A stretch of DNA of 64,000 bases from Zootoca vivipara (GCF_963506605.1 NC_083276.1:22382001-22446000); one strand, 5' to 3'; numbered from the stretch's first letter, positions 37,734-50,860 are shown. Made by a program: numbers and translations. The notes: generated from the letters alone by a model not told the origin.

Positions 37734-37863
37734 CAGTGGGCAACATGGTGCTCTGCAGATGCTGGACTACGACACCAGTCATCCCTGAGCATTGCCACCC
37801 TAGGTGAGGCTGATGGGAGTTGGAGTCCGAAACATCTGCAAGACACCACGTTGGCTACCCCTG
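37734..37863. mobile_element. Short hAT-like MITE (relatives at 41519-41654 and 34383-34470)
   Basis: CAG...CCCCTG ends and internal inverted ggactac..cccatca / tgatggga..tagtcc motifs. Confidence 0.65.
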
Positions 37864-40591
37864 TTTCAGAAAATAATTTTTGCCATCTGTATTCCTATTG
37901 GACATGCCAAGTAGCTTGCCTTACAAATGTTTTTATTATAACATTTTTCCTTTCCAGAATGACTTGATTGAAACTAGTTTTACTAAATCTCAGTAAACAT
38001 TTTAAAACATTTCTTTTTCATACAAGGAAAGGGACCTTTTTGCAGTGCTTGTAGGAAAATACATTTCGTGTGGTAAACTGTTGCTTCCTTTTTAGCGGTG
38101 GTTAAATGAGCTATACATTATTAGGATTATTATTTTCTTTTCATGGCATCCATTAATCCATTCAAAACCTATTCCTGGCATTTTCTTTATATTTTTCTCT
38201 TTCACTTTTTAGCTTCTGATTCCTCCACATCTTCACCTCTCTCAAGAACAGAATCTCCTCTCCACCTGTTTATGTCTCCTCACCCTCATCCCAAATCCGA
38301 TACCTTTGTCTGGCCCTATGCAACCAATCCATACTGTGACCTCGTTCCTGGGCCCTGCGAACCGCCACTCTGTAAACTGATTTCCTCTTTCTGATAGGCG
38401 TGCTAGTTTGCTCTGTTTGTGCTTCTGATAATCTCCATAACTGCTAAGCATCCATTGCCCTGAAATGTTGTTGAACATCAAGGTATTTGGTATTAGTGCA
38501 ACCTACCTGTTTGGATTAGATGGTGATGATGATTAGGGCATTTGAAACTGTTTCTTCAAGTAAACAGTGATGGTTTCAAGTGGGCATGCTCTTAAATCAG
38601 TCTCCTCACCCCAATACCCTTGGAAGGCTCATGAAATGTTACATCGAGGGACCACCAGGGGGCTCCATTGCCTTCCTGAGAGCACCGAGCAAGTGCTGCC
38701 ATAAGGCATTTTAGCAATATTGTGATAGGTCGGTGGCACAGCTGTTCCAAGAGTCTGTGCGCAAGGATTGGCACCCATTGTCGATGCAGTGCTGTGGAGC
38801 TAGGATTAACACTGGGGGTGTACCAGGATGTGGAAGATTTCCATGTCGTGGCTGTGAGCCAGGAGAAGAAAGAAGTGATGGGGTTGCCATTTTAACTCCC
38901 CAACCCACCTCAGAGCTCTGGATCTGAAGCCTCAAGCAGGAGAAAACCTGGCCCCTTATAGGGCATGGCAACTCTTTGTCCACATGCCTGTGCCTCCACA
39001 TCATGTATGATGGAGTGCTTGGAAAATATGCTGTTAGTATTATAAGTATGCGCCCAAATTTGTCAGTACTGTACTGATTCTTGAGTGGTAGGAACTCAGC
39101 TCCTACTTCTTCTTTTGTACTATAGGTGCAACATTTTTTATTTTTTACTGGATTTTGTTCTCATCCATGCAATTAACTCGTTTCGAAATGTTAGGACCTT
39201 TATTTGACAGAATTAAATATAATTGGCAACAATTTTCATTCCTAGACGCTAGCTTCAAGACAGGAAAGGATTTATTCTTTTGCACTGTGGTGGGTTTTTT
39301 TTTTTTGCTATCGTAAATTGGCTTAATCTGTTCGTTTCGGAGGAGTAGAGTGAGTAAAGCGTTGTCTCTGGCACAGAATTAGATGACAGGTGCTAGAAAA
39401 TAAGTAGCAAAGGAGTGCAAATTAATCAGGTCACAATGTAGTTGGATCCTATTCAAGATGCTATTTGAAAGGATAGCACTTGTGCTTTCATATTGATGTT
39501 AATTCTGCTCCCACTTGTTTTGCCAAGGCTTTTCTGTGATCCTGGTTCTTCAGTGGGACATTAAAAAAATATCACCCCTCCCTAAGAGCCGTACTGCACC
39601 TTACAGAAAATGAGGCCATAGCTAAGCTGGTACAATTCTGTACTCTACTACTTTGTATGTCTTATTTTCGGGGAAACAGGGTACTACCTGAAGTGAGGTG
39701 GCGTTTCTTCATAAGGGAGCATACGAAAAAAGGTCTTTGCTGTCTGAAATGGTGCTGCCCATAAAATTGCTGTGAGGTGTAGTTTGTCATTTGGTCTTTG
39801 TCTACTGGTCTCTGATGGATCTGTGTCAGAATTCATTTTGCAGTTGTTGGAATCACGTGCTGCCTGCACTTACGGGTGCTGATATGAACTTTGGAGAATT
39901 TATTTCCCACCCACCCCCAAAAAATGCTTTAAAAATTCAGGACTGGTTATTACTTTGGATGCTAGCTAACAGCTGCAGAAGTGTGATAGACAATATCCTT
40001 TTCTAAAACAGAGCCTCTACAGAGCATAGCCCACGTAGCATTAAATTGTTGTTGGTGAAGCCGCGAACTCATTTAGCTTTCCATAGGGATGTAGGACCAA
40101 TCATGAGATGCTGCAGAAATGAAAGCACAAAAGCAGGCTGCGAATTTTCTACCTCCAGCAAGAGCTGCAATATCTTATTGGGGGGGGGGGAGAGATGTGG
40201 CAACTTTGTAGGAGCCTCAATTTGACCTCAGAGCAGTTGTTTATGTACTTTCATTCCCCCATTGAATCCATATGAGTAGAATTGGTCCAAACCCTCTGTA
40301 GCTTTCTTGCTCTTAATATGTATACTCTGTTGTTTTTCTATATTCAATTTGATTGTTAACATGACATGAAAGGGATTTATTGAACAAGAACTTTCTCCAA
40401 ATTCTTACCGGAAATTCATTATGATTTTAAACTCCTTATTTCAAAATGTTCACTGTTCTTTGGAAAAAAAACAGGAAAACGAGCTTACAGTTTGAAGGTT
40501 ATCAGAAGTGTATTTTGCTTTTTTGTGCAGTTCTGTTTTATAGCTGTTATCCTTCGTGATTTTAATTTGTGGTTTGATCTGTTGTTTAAAG

Positions 40592-40642
40592 GCAACCCTC
40601 CAGATGCTTACTTTCATGGTTTTTTCTCCCTTTTTTCAGTTT
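40592..40642 (+). CDS. TTC7B: Probable 51-nt cassette exon of TTC7B (phase 1-1): G-NPPDAYFHGFFSLFSV-C
   Basis: U-rich tract...tttaaag|GC AAC CCT...TCA GTT T|gtaagt. Length divisible by 3, stop-free, phase matches both neighbours. Confidence 0.7.
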
Positions 40643-41518
40643 GTAAGTAGTATTTACTATACAGGTCTATTTTTAAACTTCTAAAGGCTTAGTAATAACA
40701 CCTTCCCTCCACCACAGAATGTAAATGTGTGTCCATTTGTCATGGAGGTTTGACATTGTGCAAAGCAAGGCTACTGCTCCTTAGCCATTCAAGTCCCCCC
40801 TGAGTCTGCAGTCCTATGAGATCTGAATGCCCTCAGCTAGGACTAGAGTTCACTTATTAAAGAGGCAGTATTATTTTCAGGAGGGATGCAAATAAAGGTC
40901 CTGGGGAGCAGGGGCTGACTTTATAAAATCCATTGCTTAAGCCCATAATACACCATAACACCGTATTTATGATTTCTCCAGATCAGTTAGTTCATTTTCT
41001 AGTCTCTTGGCTAGAAGGAATAAGGGGCGAAAATTGGAATAAAAAGATTTTAAAAAGAAAATAACGCAAAGTTGACCTATTCTAAAAAAACCCAACCACT
41101 TTGTTTTTTGTATTTAAGATATGTTGTTGGCATTCTTAAGCCTAATACTGTATTGTTATTTATTAGCCATTTATGTGGTCTTGGCACCATTCTGAATTAT
41201 ATTGAAGAGTGATTTTGGCCAGTTAATGGCAGTGTAGGATCACTTAGCAAAAAGCATATGATACTTGTTTCATGTACCAACCCTATGGAACAAAGAAAGT
41301 TTTGTTTGTTGATGGAAGCCCCGGCTCCTCTTCGTTAATGTACACCACCCATTTCGCAAAACGTCGATGAGCCTTTTAACATATTGGAGGTGGGGGATGA
41401 GTTATTGCAGTTGCTAATGAAGGGTGATATGCAATGTTCGTCATACTCAGACTAGATCCATTGACTAGTCTTAGTATGACTATCATTGGGTATTGCCCAC
41501 CGTCTTGTGGGATTAGCT

Positions 41519-41654
41519 CAGGGACAGCCAGTGTGGTATTACCTCCAGATATTGTGGACTATAACACCCATCAGCCCAGATGATTGATGCTGCTGACTGG
41601 TCTAATGGGCTTTGTAGTCCAAACAGCTGAAGGGCACAAACTTGGCTACCCCTA
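41519..41654. mobile_element. Short hAT-like MITE
   Basis: caggga...cccta ends; imperfect 8-bp TSD gattagct/gattagac. Confidence 0.65.
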
Positions 41655-41749
41655 GATTAGACCGTACACATACATGTTTTATTTGGTCCTAAAGAATGTA
41701 CTGTCTCTTCATCTAGAGAGAGTTTTACTCGCACTGGCATACAGATCTC

Positions 41750-41840
41750 TGCATGTATCACGGTTTGGCACTCTTACATGCTCTGGCACCTGCTTTTTTG
41801 TGTGTGCATGTGAAATCGGGTTGTGTTTTCACCTTGCATG
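41750..41840 (+). promoter_or_regulatory. Cluster of three UGCAUG (RBFOX) motifs, putative intronic splicing enhancer
   Basis: TGCATG at 41750, 41805 and 41835, ~1.1-1.2 kb downstream of the cassette exon. Confidence 0.5.
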
Positions 41841-42936
41841 ATTTTGCTCATTTCCTTTCCTTTAATTAAGACATTGTTCTCATGAAATTTGATTGAAAAG
41901 CAACTTTCCATTCTGCAGCAAGGAGAGGGGTGAGCCTCTGAAGGATTTGCATTATGTCAAGTATTTACCATTTCATCATTCACTTGGCAATCCTAAAGAT
42001 AAACACAGGGGAAGTAGCAACATGCTCATCATATTAAGAAGCGGATCCCCCCCCCCATAAACGTTCAAGTAGAAAAGCAATACAGTATTGTCTTCTTTTG
42101 GTTTTTTTCTTGTGTCAGGCAATTTATCAACTGTTCAGAAACAAAAGGCCTTCTTAAAGTAAACACTAGCAACAAAATGCTGAAAAATTTAATAATCATC
42201 TTGTCACAATAGACGGCTTCCTTTGTTGGTGATTCAAATAGTGGCAGGTGTCCCTTGTTGAAATAAAGCACTATAAAATTAAGCCGTTTAAACAAAGCAC
42301 TGGTTCATCCTAGTGAATAAAATCTTAGCTCAGTTACTTTTGTTAAGTTTATAATGACCCCTGGAACGGGTGTAGGGTTAAGTGGTACACAAATAGCTAT
42401 CCAGTCTAACAAGAAGTGAGGCAGCAAATTTGGTAGCTGAAGCCACAGCTGAATATTGGATTCTTGCTATTTTCTGAAAGTTACGCCCTGACCATGAAAA
42501 GGGTGTTCTAGTTAAACAAGCAAGCCATAGTTGGTAGCAGAAAATCTCCAGTTGGTGATTGACAAGAAAAACATAAATGTGTATGGAGATTAGGCAAAGC
42601 GCCTTAGATGTTTGCCTTATCCCTACCATCTTCCACATAGGCCTCATTTTCACTGAGGTGCTAAGCCCATATCAGGGTTATGTTGGTTCACACTGCAGTT
42701 GAGGCTCACTTGATTGAATGCTGCTTTATAGGGGCCAGGATCCTAGATGCCAGGGATAATGTATGTACTAAATCACGTTTCAAAGCTGGTTGGGGGGGGG
42801 GAGACCTCGTTAGTCTTCACCACATTTATATGTGCCAAAACATATGAATGTCCTCTCATAGCGGTCCCCCTTTCAATAATGAGAAGTCATTACTTATGTA
42901 ATATCTTGAATTCGTGGTGCCCATGGCATTTCCAGT

Positions 42937-43470
42937 CATAAGAAGATAAAATAGCTCTCCTGGATCACACCAAAGGCCCATTTGGTGCAGCATCCTGTTC
43001 TCACTGTGGCCAGTCAGGTGCCCATGGGAAGCCAATAAGCAAGATTCGAGTGCAATCTCCACACTTCGGATTTCCAGCAATTGGTATTCAGAGGCACACA
43101 GTCGAGAACCTTGGTTCTCGAACATCTTGGTACTTGCACGTTTTGGCTCCCGAATGCCGCAAACCCGGGAGTGAGTGTTCCGGTTTGTGAATGTTTTTCG
43201 GAAGCTTCCGCGGCTTCCGATAGAGTGCAGGAAGCTCCTGCAGTGAACTGGAAGCCGCACCTTGGTTTTCAAACCGTTTGGGGAGTCGAAAAGACTCCCG
43301 GAATGGATTAAGTTCGAGAACCAAGGTACGACTGTACTGACTCTTGACAACGGAGGCAGAACGTAGCCATTGTGGTCTAGAGGTCTAACGACAGCCTTCT
43401 CCTGCATTGATTTGTCTAGTTCTCTTTTAAAGCTGTTCCTTTTGGAGCTTCTGTGGGGCAAGCAGTTCAG
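42937..43470 (-). mobile_element. CR1/L3-type LINE 3' fragment interrupted by a MITE
   Basis: cataagaa tail, ctggatca..ccaaaggcccat..cagcatcctgttctcac; minus-strand FKRELDKSM remnant. A similar fragment lies at ~26650-26885. Confidence 0.7.
43099..43334 (+). mobile_element. Tigger/pogo-like MITE nested in the CR1 fragment
   Basis: cagtcg..accttggttctcgaac ... gttcgagaaccaaggtacgactg|TA. Confidence 0.85.
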
Positions 43471-44610
43471 CAGATGACATTTACCCTTTCTGCATGCCAG
43501 GGAAAGTTTCATTCGATTAAGTTCTGCTTGTCACACAGGTCTTAAAGCCCCAGGAGCTCTTGCCAGACTTAAGACGATGATAACTTTATGTGTGAACAAG
43601 AAGTTACAATGTAAACACCTGACATTATTTGGGATACATTTTAGCAGCTCTGTTCCAAAATTGCCGTCAAGGAAATACTAGAAGGTGATTAGATGAGTGT
43701 GCCAATTTATTTGTATCTTGACAAAGAAGGCATTTGTCTCTCTGCTTCTCCTTGCAAACATTTCTGATGCTTCACTCTTTGTTTATATTCTTTGGTGACC
43801 TCAGCTTTTGTCAAGCATGCATTTAAGTCTTTGAACATCATGTTTAATTGGCACCACGTTGGAGAGATGCAGTGAGTGTCTCACATATGGCAGGAGCTGC
43901 TTGCTTATTTGTACATGCATATCAAATAGAAATTGTCTAAAAGCAATAAACCATAACATATAGGAAAATATCAAGGAAAATAATAATCTGTTGGTTAGAT
44001 TCCCCCCCCCTTTAGATTTATCAACTCCCTTTTGGACTAAGTGCTCATTCTGTTCACTTCCCCAGCTGTTAATATTGGTGATTAAGTGAACTTTATAGTC
44101 TTTGCAGCTTAATTGGTTTCTGTTCAGGGAAATGTTGAGATCATTCTGCATTTCTTAGGTTATTTTAGTCTCTCTATTATTATCCTTAAAATAGGATTCT
44201 AATTACCCCTCCAGGAAGGGGGGGTGTTCAGTGATAACTAGCAGTGAAGAGTAAGTAGTAAGAGTTACATCAAATAAGCGTCACCCCCAAACCTCTTTGA
44301 GTCTTAGAGCTTGTATGTGTGTGCGTGGAACTTGTATACCTGCTGTCGATCGTCGAAAGCTTTGTGTTTCACGAGTGGCTGCTCCAATCTCATCTGTCAT
44401 TTCCGCTAGTAATATAATAGGCTTTTTAATGCAGGTTCACTAACACTAACATCCTTGTAATCAGGGAAGGGGGAGCCTGTCAAACATGGATGTTTTAAGG
44501 TTTTGCAACACCTTTACATGTACAGAGTTAAAATGAAGAACAGCAAACAGCTGAAGTCCAGGCTTTCTCTCTCTTTCTACTGATGCAACCTATTTCTATT
44601 ATTTCCGCAG

Positions 44611-44751
44611 GTTCGATCCATGCGACGTCGATAGCAGCCTCTAGAGTGGAGCAGGCACTGTCTGAAGTTGGCTCGTCTTTGCAGAGCAGTGCTCCGAAGC
44701 AAGGTCCTCTGCATCCTTGGATGACACTGGCTCAAATCTGGCTTCATGCAG
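44611..44751 (+). CDS. TTC7B: TTC7B exon (~18), 141 bp
   Basis: cgcag|GT TCG ATC...GCA G|gtaata; SIHATSIAASRVEQALSEV...AQIWLHA. Confidence 0.95.
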
Positions 44752-45256
44752 GTAATAGGGCACAGCTGCTGTTTTCATTTTTCCTGCTCATTAGCTACAG
44801 GAATCTGTATTCCTTGCCTTCAGCGGGGCAGAATGTTTTTATTGTATGTCAGCTAAAAGCACAGCTTTTAAGGACACTTATTCGGAATGTGGCATTTCGT
44901 TACATTTCAAGACAAGAACATTGTATGCTTAATTTATGAAACAGCAGTCTAGGAGAGGATGGCATTTAGTATTTAACAACCTTGTCAGAAGGTTGAGTTC
45001 CCCACCCCACCCCCGCCGCCCCCTTTTCCATCCACTGCTCAGGTTGTGTTAAGTCATGGAAATTTAAAGTGCCTCATTGAAAATGAAGAGTGACGTTGTT
45101 TTGGTGAACTTTAATCTGGGCAGCTCAAACTATGGATTTCAGGCAAAAAAGATAAAATGGCATCTGCAATTATATGCTTTTCAGACTGCAAAAGAGAATA
45201 GCAAGCTAAAACTAATTTTGGGAGGGGTGTGGAGAATCTGAAATACATTTATTATG

Positions 45257-45397
45257 TAGAATAATGAATTTGTAGAGTTGGAAGGGACCATGAGGGTAAT
45301 CTAGTCCAACCTCCTACAATGAAGGAATCTTCTTGCCCCACATGGGGCTCGAACCCATGACCCTGAGATGAAGAGCCTCATGCTCTTCTGACTTGAG
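45257..45397 (-). mobile_element. tRNA-Lys-derived SINE with CR1-type tail
   Basis: Minus strand agagcatgaggctcttcatctcagggtcatgggttcgagcccca resembles tRNA-Lys(CTT), followed by ggttggactagat...ccttccaactct. Confidence 0.75.
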
Positions 45398-48136
45398 GTG
45401 TCAATAACAAACTCATGTAAATGTGCTTTAATAGAGTAAAAGTGGGTGACTGAACCTTCTGGTGTTAAAGCTCAGATACGTGAGGTATATTGAGATACTG
45501 ATATTACAGAGTTATGGAATGAAGTTTAAGGTAGTTCGACCCGCAAGGGAGGTGGCAAGCTATTATCAGGGACTATATTGTACTTACTTCAAGAAACGAT
45601 GTTGTTTTTGAAATACAGGTTAGAAGTAAAATCACTTTGCCCCAAAACAAATCAGCTGAAGACCCATATGATGTATCTGTGAACGGTGCTGTACTATCTT
45701 AGACAGCAAGTTAGAGGAATCAGATCCACAGATTATGGATGTCTGCAAATACAGAAACTAGAATGTTAGTTACTCACTCATTTGTGAAACCCATCTTGCC
45801 CTAATCTTCATCATAAGGCTGTTATGAGGATTTGAGAAGCTAGCAGCCTTTTACCCAGCGTTGCTCCAGAACGCTGAGAAAGCAAAAACTCAGTGCAGTG
45901 TTGAAAAGTTCGATCTGCCATCTTGATTGAAAATTGAATCCAATAGTGTCCATTCCTGCTCCTTGATCTCAGAAACCATCATGCAAAAATTTCATTAAGA
46001 AGTGTCCAAAATGATTGTGTTTAGGTTTCTTTAAAACAAAAAACAAAGGTAACTCCTAAATCCATAGTTGATCAATACCTTTGTTAGAACCAACCAAGAA
46101 GTCACAAGAGTTTTACGGCAGCTTAAGGTCTCACTTTTTTTGTTTTGTTCTTTAGTTTTCTGTGCTGACTTCTTCCAACTAGTGGAGGTTGTTGGGTATG
46201 CCCAATAGTTCTGAGAAGAAAAATGTGATTTCATAGTAGCACACGCATGCCTTGTGTGTTTGGGGAGCTTTTCTTTTGGAACAACAGTCCTTCATATATT
46301 TTATTTTATTTTTATTTTTCTGTAAGCCTCAGAATGCCTTGAGGCTTATTTCAAGCCTGAGACAGTGGCCTTTAAACAGATGAAGTACTTTGGTTGGTTG
46401 ACATGTTTCAAATGGTGCTCAAGGTGGCCAAAAGCAATGAAATGCAAATAAAATAAAGCACGATAACATTAAAGTGAAAACATTAAACAAGGAAGATAAA
46501 ATACACCAGTAAAATGGCACCTATTTTGCAGAGGCCAAGGCTACATTATGAGTCAAAGGCCTGCTGGAATAATTTCATCTGCAATGGGACTAGACCAGAC
46601 TCCCACTGCATGAAATTCCAAAGCATGGCAGCCAGACAAGACCTAATATGTCCCAAGACAGTCCTGAGTTACCCTGTGACTCACACAGGCTCCGCCTCCC
46701 CTCTGGCTACTCTTTTGAACCCTCCTGTTCCCAAACTTTTTTGGCATACCTGGGTAGCAGATGTTCCTGAGCCCTGGTTTGAGTTTCACCTGAATAGAAC
46801 CAGAGTGATGTCATTGACTTAAATTGTCTTTCTCCCTCTCTTCCACACCTTGATCAGAAGGGGTTCCAACTTTAATACCAGAACCCCACTGTTTGCATTG
46901 TATGCAGCGCCATAATATTTGGGGTTGGTGGGCGGGTGGGAGAGAAAGTAAGAGGTGGTTTGTCATCAGAAAGATAGGCCTGACAAGTATGGTGTTGTTT
47001 TGTTTTGTTGTAAGGCACTGTTACTACAGTGGAAAGTACATTAAGTCCATGTGATATATCATGAATGGCCCTTGGGATCCTGGCTGTCACTTTTTCACTT
47101 ATTACTATCATGCTGATGATAGTAAACAGTGCTTATTTAAAAAAATCTTCATATGGAAGCAGTTTTTTATATATCAGCCACATTATTTTACAGGTAGGGG
47201 AAAACACAATTGTGTGTGCGCGTGTGCGTGTAGATGTTGCTTTGATTATTAAAGTATAAGTAAACAGGAAAGTGGAGATATATAGGGAATTTATAAATCA
47301 GCATCTTTACTGCTTCTGTGAAAATTGAGGTAGTTCAGAGTAGTATGAATGATATCAGGGAAAATTGGAGAGAGGGAGAGAAAATGCCTGAAAATGTCAG
47401 TGGAAACAAATTGCATGAAGTCCCTCATCATTAATAACTCATTGAGAGACAGACTTGAGTACCCGTCTGAGCCTAATCGCAAGGCATTTTGTTCTGTAGC
47501 CTGGGCTGCAATTTACTTAAACATTGGCTTTAAAATTATCAAATGCTTTTATGAGGTCCTTGATGTTTTTATGCTGTTATTGGAAGGGCTTCATCAAACT
47601 TTTCAGATTTTCCTTTATTCTTCCTCTTGCTGGTTCCCAGCAGATCGAAGTGCTAATATATGCCTTCACACCTTTGGTTAAAATAATCTTTACTTACTGG
47701 GCTGGGATCCAGACAGCTACTTTAAGAATCCCCAAAGGCTTGCATGTGCTCCTCAGATTCCCCACCCCCGCCTTTGAACACTTCCACATCCCATATTGCT
47801 AACAGTTTATGAAACTGTCCCTCGGTTTCAAAAGCGGTTGCTATAGTAGAGAGAGGGGTTGCTCTCCTAGAAATAAAAGTCCAACTTTCCCCTGAGTATT
47901 TGGAACTAGTTGCCTGATTCTCTGCCCTAATCTGAAGGGGATACAGTGGGTTGGGAGGGGGGGAGTCACATTGTGTGACTGGACCTTATTCCGCACACAT
48001 GACAGTTTAGTTGAATCCCACCTATTGTGTTTTTAAAGGGTCTCAAAATTCATGCTATCCTTAATGCATGTTGTCTGAATTCTCCTGTTCCAGGGCCATG
48101 TTGTTGTTGTTTTTAGAAAAAGATCAAGGATCGTAG

Positions 48137-48469
48137 TAATAATAATATTATAAAATTTTATTATTTATACCCTGCCCATCTGGCTGGGTTTCCCCAGTCA
48201 CTGTGGGCAGCTCCCAACAGAATATTAAAAACACGATAATACATCAAACATAAAAAACTTCCCCAAACAGGGTTGCCTTCAGATGTCTTCTAAAAGTCAG
48301 GTAGTTTCTTGACATCTGATGGGAGGGTGTTCCACAGGGTGGCCGCCACTACCGAGAAGGCCCTCTGCCTGGTTCTCTGTAACCTTACTTCTCGCATTGA
48401 GGGAATCAGCAGAAAGCCCTCGGAGCTGGACCTCAGTGTTCGGGCTGAACGATGGGGGTGGAGACGCTC
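48137..48469 (-). mobile_element. L2-type LINE 3' fragment
   Basis: Close match to 10260-10551. Confidence 0.85.
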
Positions 48470-48540
48470 ATAGAGTTAGAAATAGCGTGGATAGAGATGG
48501 GAGAGGTTTGAAGGCTGTTATCTTTCATATGGAAACAACC

Positions 48541-48667
48541 CAGTACTATTTTTCGAGGTGCTGGAACTCACCATGAACGGCTCCCTTGTTCTCTTATAAT
48601 GGCAATGGCGCCCACCTGAAAGGTGCCGGAACTAATTTCTGGCGAGTTCCAGCTGAAAAAAGCCCTG
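48541..48667. mobile_element. hAT (Tip100-like) MITE
   Basis: Perfect 8-bp TSD aaacaacc; ends cagtactattttt / aaaaaagccctg. Confidence 0.8.
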
Positions 48668-48935
48668 AAACAACCCATGCAACCTCATTATTGTCTCACA
48701 TCAGAGTGAAGCCCAAGTTTCCCTTTGTTCCTTTCCTACCCTACCCTTTGTACCCTTGGATTCACAAAAGCTTGTGTCTCAAGAGAATTAATGAAGATTG
48801 GAATATATATAATTGAGAGAGAAAATCTTTGCTTGGGGTAGTTTCCTTGGGGAACTTAGCCATAAAACAGTCAATGGAGAGAATATTAATTGGGGAGGAC
48901 CATTCATTTGTCTCTCTCCTTCCTCCTCCTTACAG

Positions 48936-49138
48936 CTGAAGTATACATAGGAATTGGAAAGCCTGCAGAAGCCACAGCATGTATTCAGGAAGCTGCTAAC
49001 CTCTTTCCAATGTCTCACAACGTTCTGTACATGAGAGGTCAAGTGGCAGAACTTCGGGGAAATATTGATGAAGCCAAACGCTGGTATGAAGAGGCCTTAT
49101 CTATCAGCCCAACGCATGTCAAAAGTATGCAGAGATTG
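48936..49138 (+). CDS. TTC7B: TTC7B exon (~19), 203 bp
   Basis: tacag|CT GAA GTA...AGA TTG|gtaagt; EVYIGIGKPAEATAC...THVKSMQRL. Confidence 0.96.
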
Positions 49139-49851
49139 GTAAGTCCAGTTTACACAACAGAATGCATGCAAAGCGCTTGAACACTGGAAAAGGCTTTGCC
49201 TATGTCAAGTGCTTTGTGATTAATATTATTATTGCGCCCCAAACAGTTTGATAATTAGAAATTTGTTGAGCATTCTACAATGATGTTCCATGAGTTCAGT
49301 TAATATGGAACCTTAGGGCATTGGTCTCAAAACTGTTGTGAGGCTACCTGCGATGGAAGAAGAGAAAGAGAGGACAGAACCACATTGGTAAAAATAATAA
49401 ATAAGGAACAAACCACTTCCAGTGCTGCTCCTTGGCAGCCCCCCACCCATGCACACCACAGTTGCGGCATCAGCCGCAGTCAGCTAGTCGAGGGGGGACT
49501 TCTCTTGGGGTTGCTAGTTTGACTCGTACAACTTACAGTTGTCAGTGGTGGCCTTTTGCACAGAGGGGCCTTCCCCAGGGTCAGACACAGCACCCAGGAG
49601 AGGCGAGGTGAGACAGCCTTTCAATCACCTGATGTCAAGTGATTCATTTTTGCTCTGTGCTTAGAAAACCCAACAGGAACACAGCTCTCTGCATGCATCA
49701 AAGAGCCCCATGCAACGCTAAGCGCAGGGTTCTGCAGGTGACACCTATCAGCTAGTCAGCAACCTCTACAAGCCACATTTGGGCCAGCCGTGTGTCGTAC
49801 CTGCCAAAAAGCTCATGTCCTATATGCTGCCAGATTTTGGGCAGGTGGGTG

Positions 49852-50012
49852 CAGGCCCATGCAGTGCTTGTGTGAGGCCCGGGCAGGAGTCTTGTTAGAA
49901 TGAAGTTATAAACTCAAACAAAAAAAGCAGCAAGTCCCTGGCGCCCCCGTCAGCGTAGCCCTCTGAGACCTGGGCAAATGTACCCGGCTGTTCCCTGCTC
50001 TGCATGGGCCTG
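49852..50012. mobile_element. hAT MITE
   Basis: Perfect 13-bp TIR caggcccatgcag and perfect 8-bp TSD ggtgggtg. Confidence 0.85.
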
Positions 50013-50599
50013 GGTGGGTGTGGCTTGACTAAGCCAAAACCACCATGCCTGCCTTGGTGAGCCTAATTAAGCTGTGGGCTGTAGGTTTTCCACTGGTGTT
50101 AGTGTAGCTTTGATTGCTATCCCAGATTGCAGCACAACACTGGACCTGCTGACATGCTCATTTTGATTTTGTTCACAGTATGAATTACTTATAAGGCATT
50201 TAACTGCTGCATAAGGCATTTCACTGCATCTGATTTTCGGTACAACTTAACTCAAGATTTTTACCTCTTTCCTATTCATGTCTTCTGCTTCATGTGGATG
50301 GAAATTAATCTTGATTTCAATTTTCTTTTTTCAGTTCTTCAAGTGGTTGCAGGTTTTGTAATAGGTTTTCTTTCTAAATGCTGTGAGTGTGTTTCACATT
50401 TATTAACAGAGGAAGGGGAGTCTGAAATATTGGGGCACAACAGTGAAATTCCCTTGGTTTTCCTCCACATTAGCTCACTAATAAATGTGATACCTTGTAT
50501 AGTTTCAAACTTGTGGATGGTGCCAAAAATCACACAACCTCCCAATATTTAATATACAATTCCAGACAAAGATATAAGACACTCAATGCAAATATGTTT

Positions 50600-50860
50600 C
50601 CAACGATACGCGAATGTCCTACAATACAGATCTTTTGGAAGACTGTCTTATTAAAAGGGGGAAGATATCCAAACAAAATTACTACTAGATCCCTTGGAAG
50701 ATATTATCTTCCAAGGGATCTAGTAGTAATTTTGTTTGGATATCTTAGAGGTATAATGTTGGAAGAAGACCTGGAAATGGTAGTTCGTTTAATGATGGCG
50801 GCTAGAATGCTAATCTTTCAAAACGGGGGGGATGGACCCCAACCGCCTGCAATATAAAGG
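50600..50860 (+). mobile_element. L1/Tx1-like ORF2 C-terminal remnant containing a perfect palindrome
   Basis: ECPTIQIFWKTV...LPRDLVVILFGYL...LMMAARMLI resembles the CP..FW / AAR..I pattern of non-mammalian L1. Confidence 0.6.
50662..50746. repeat. Perfect inverted repeat, 42-bp arms, 1-nt spacer
   Basis: aagatatccaaacaaaattactactagatcccttggaagata-t-exact reverse complement. Confidence 0.97.

Noticed and set aside
45335-45397. tRNA-Lys gene
   Set aside because: Degenerate stems and fusion to a CR1-like tail indicate a SINE head.
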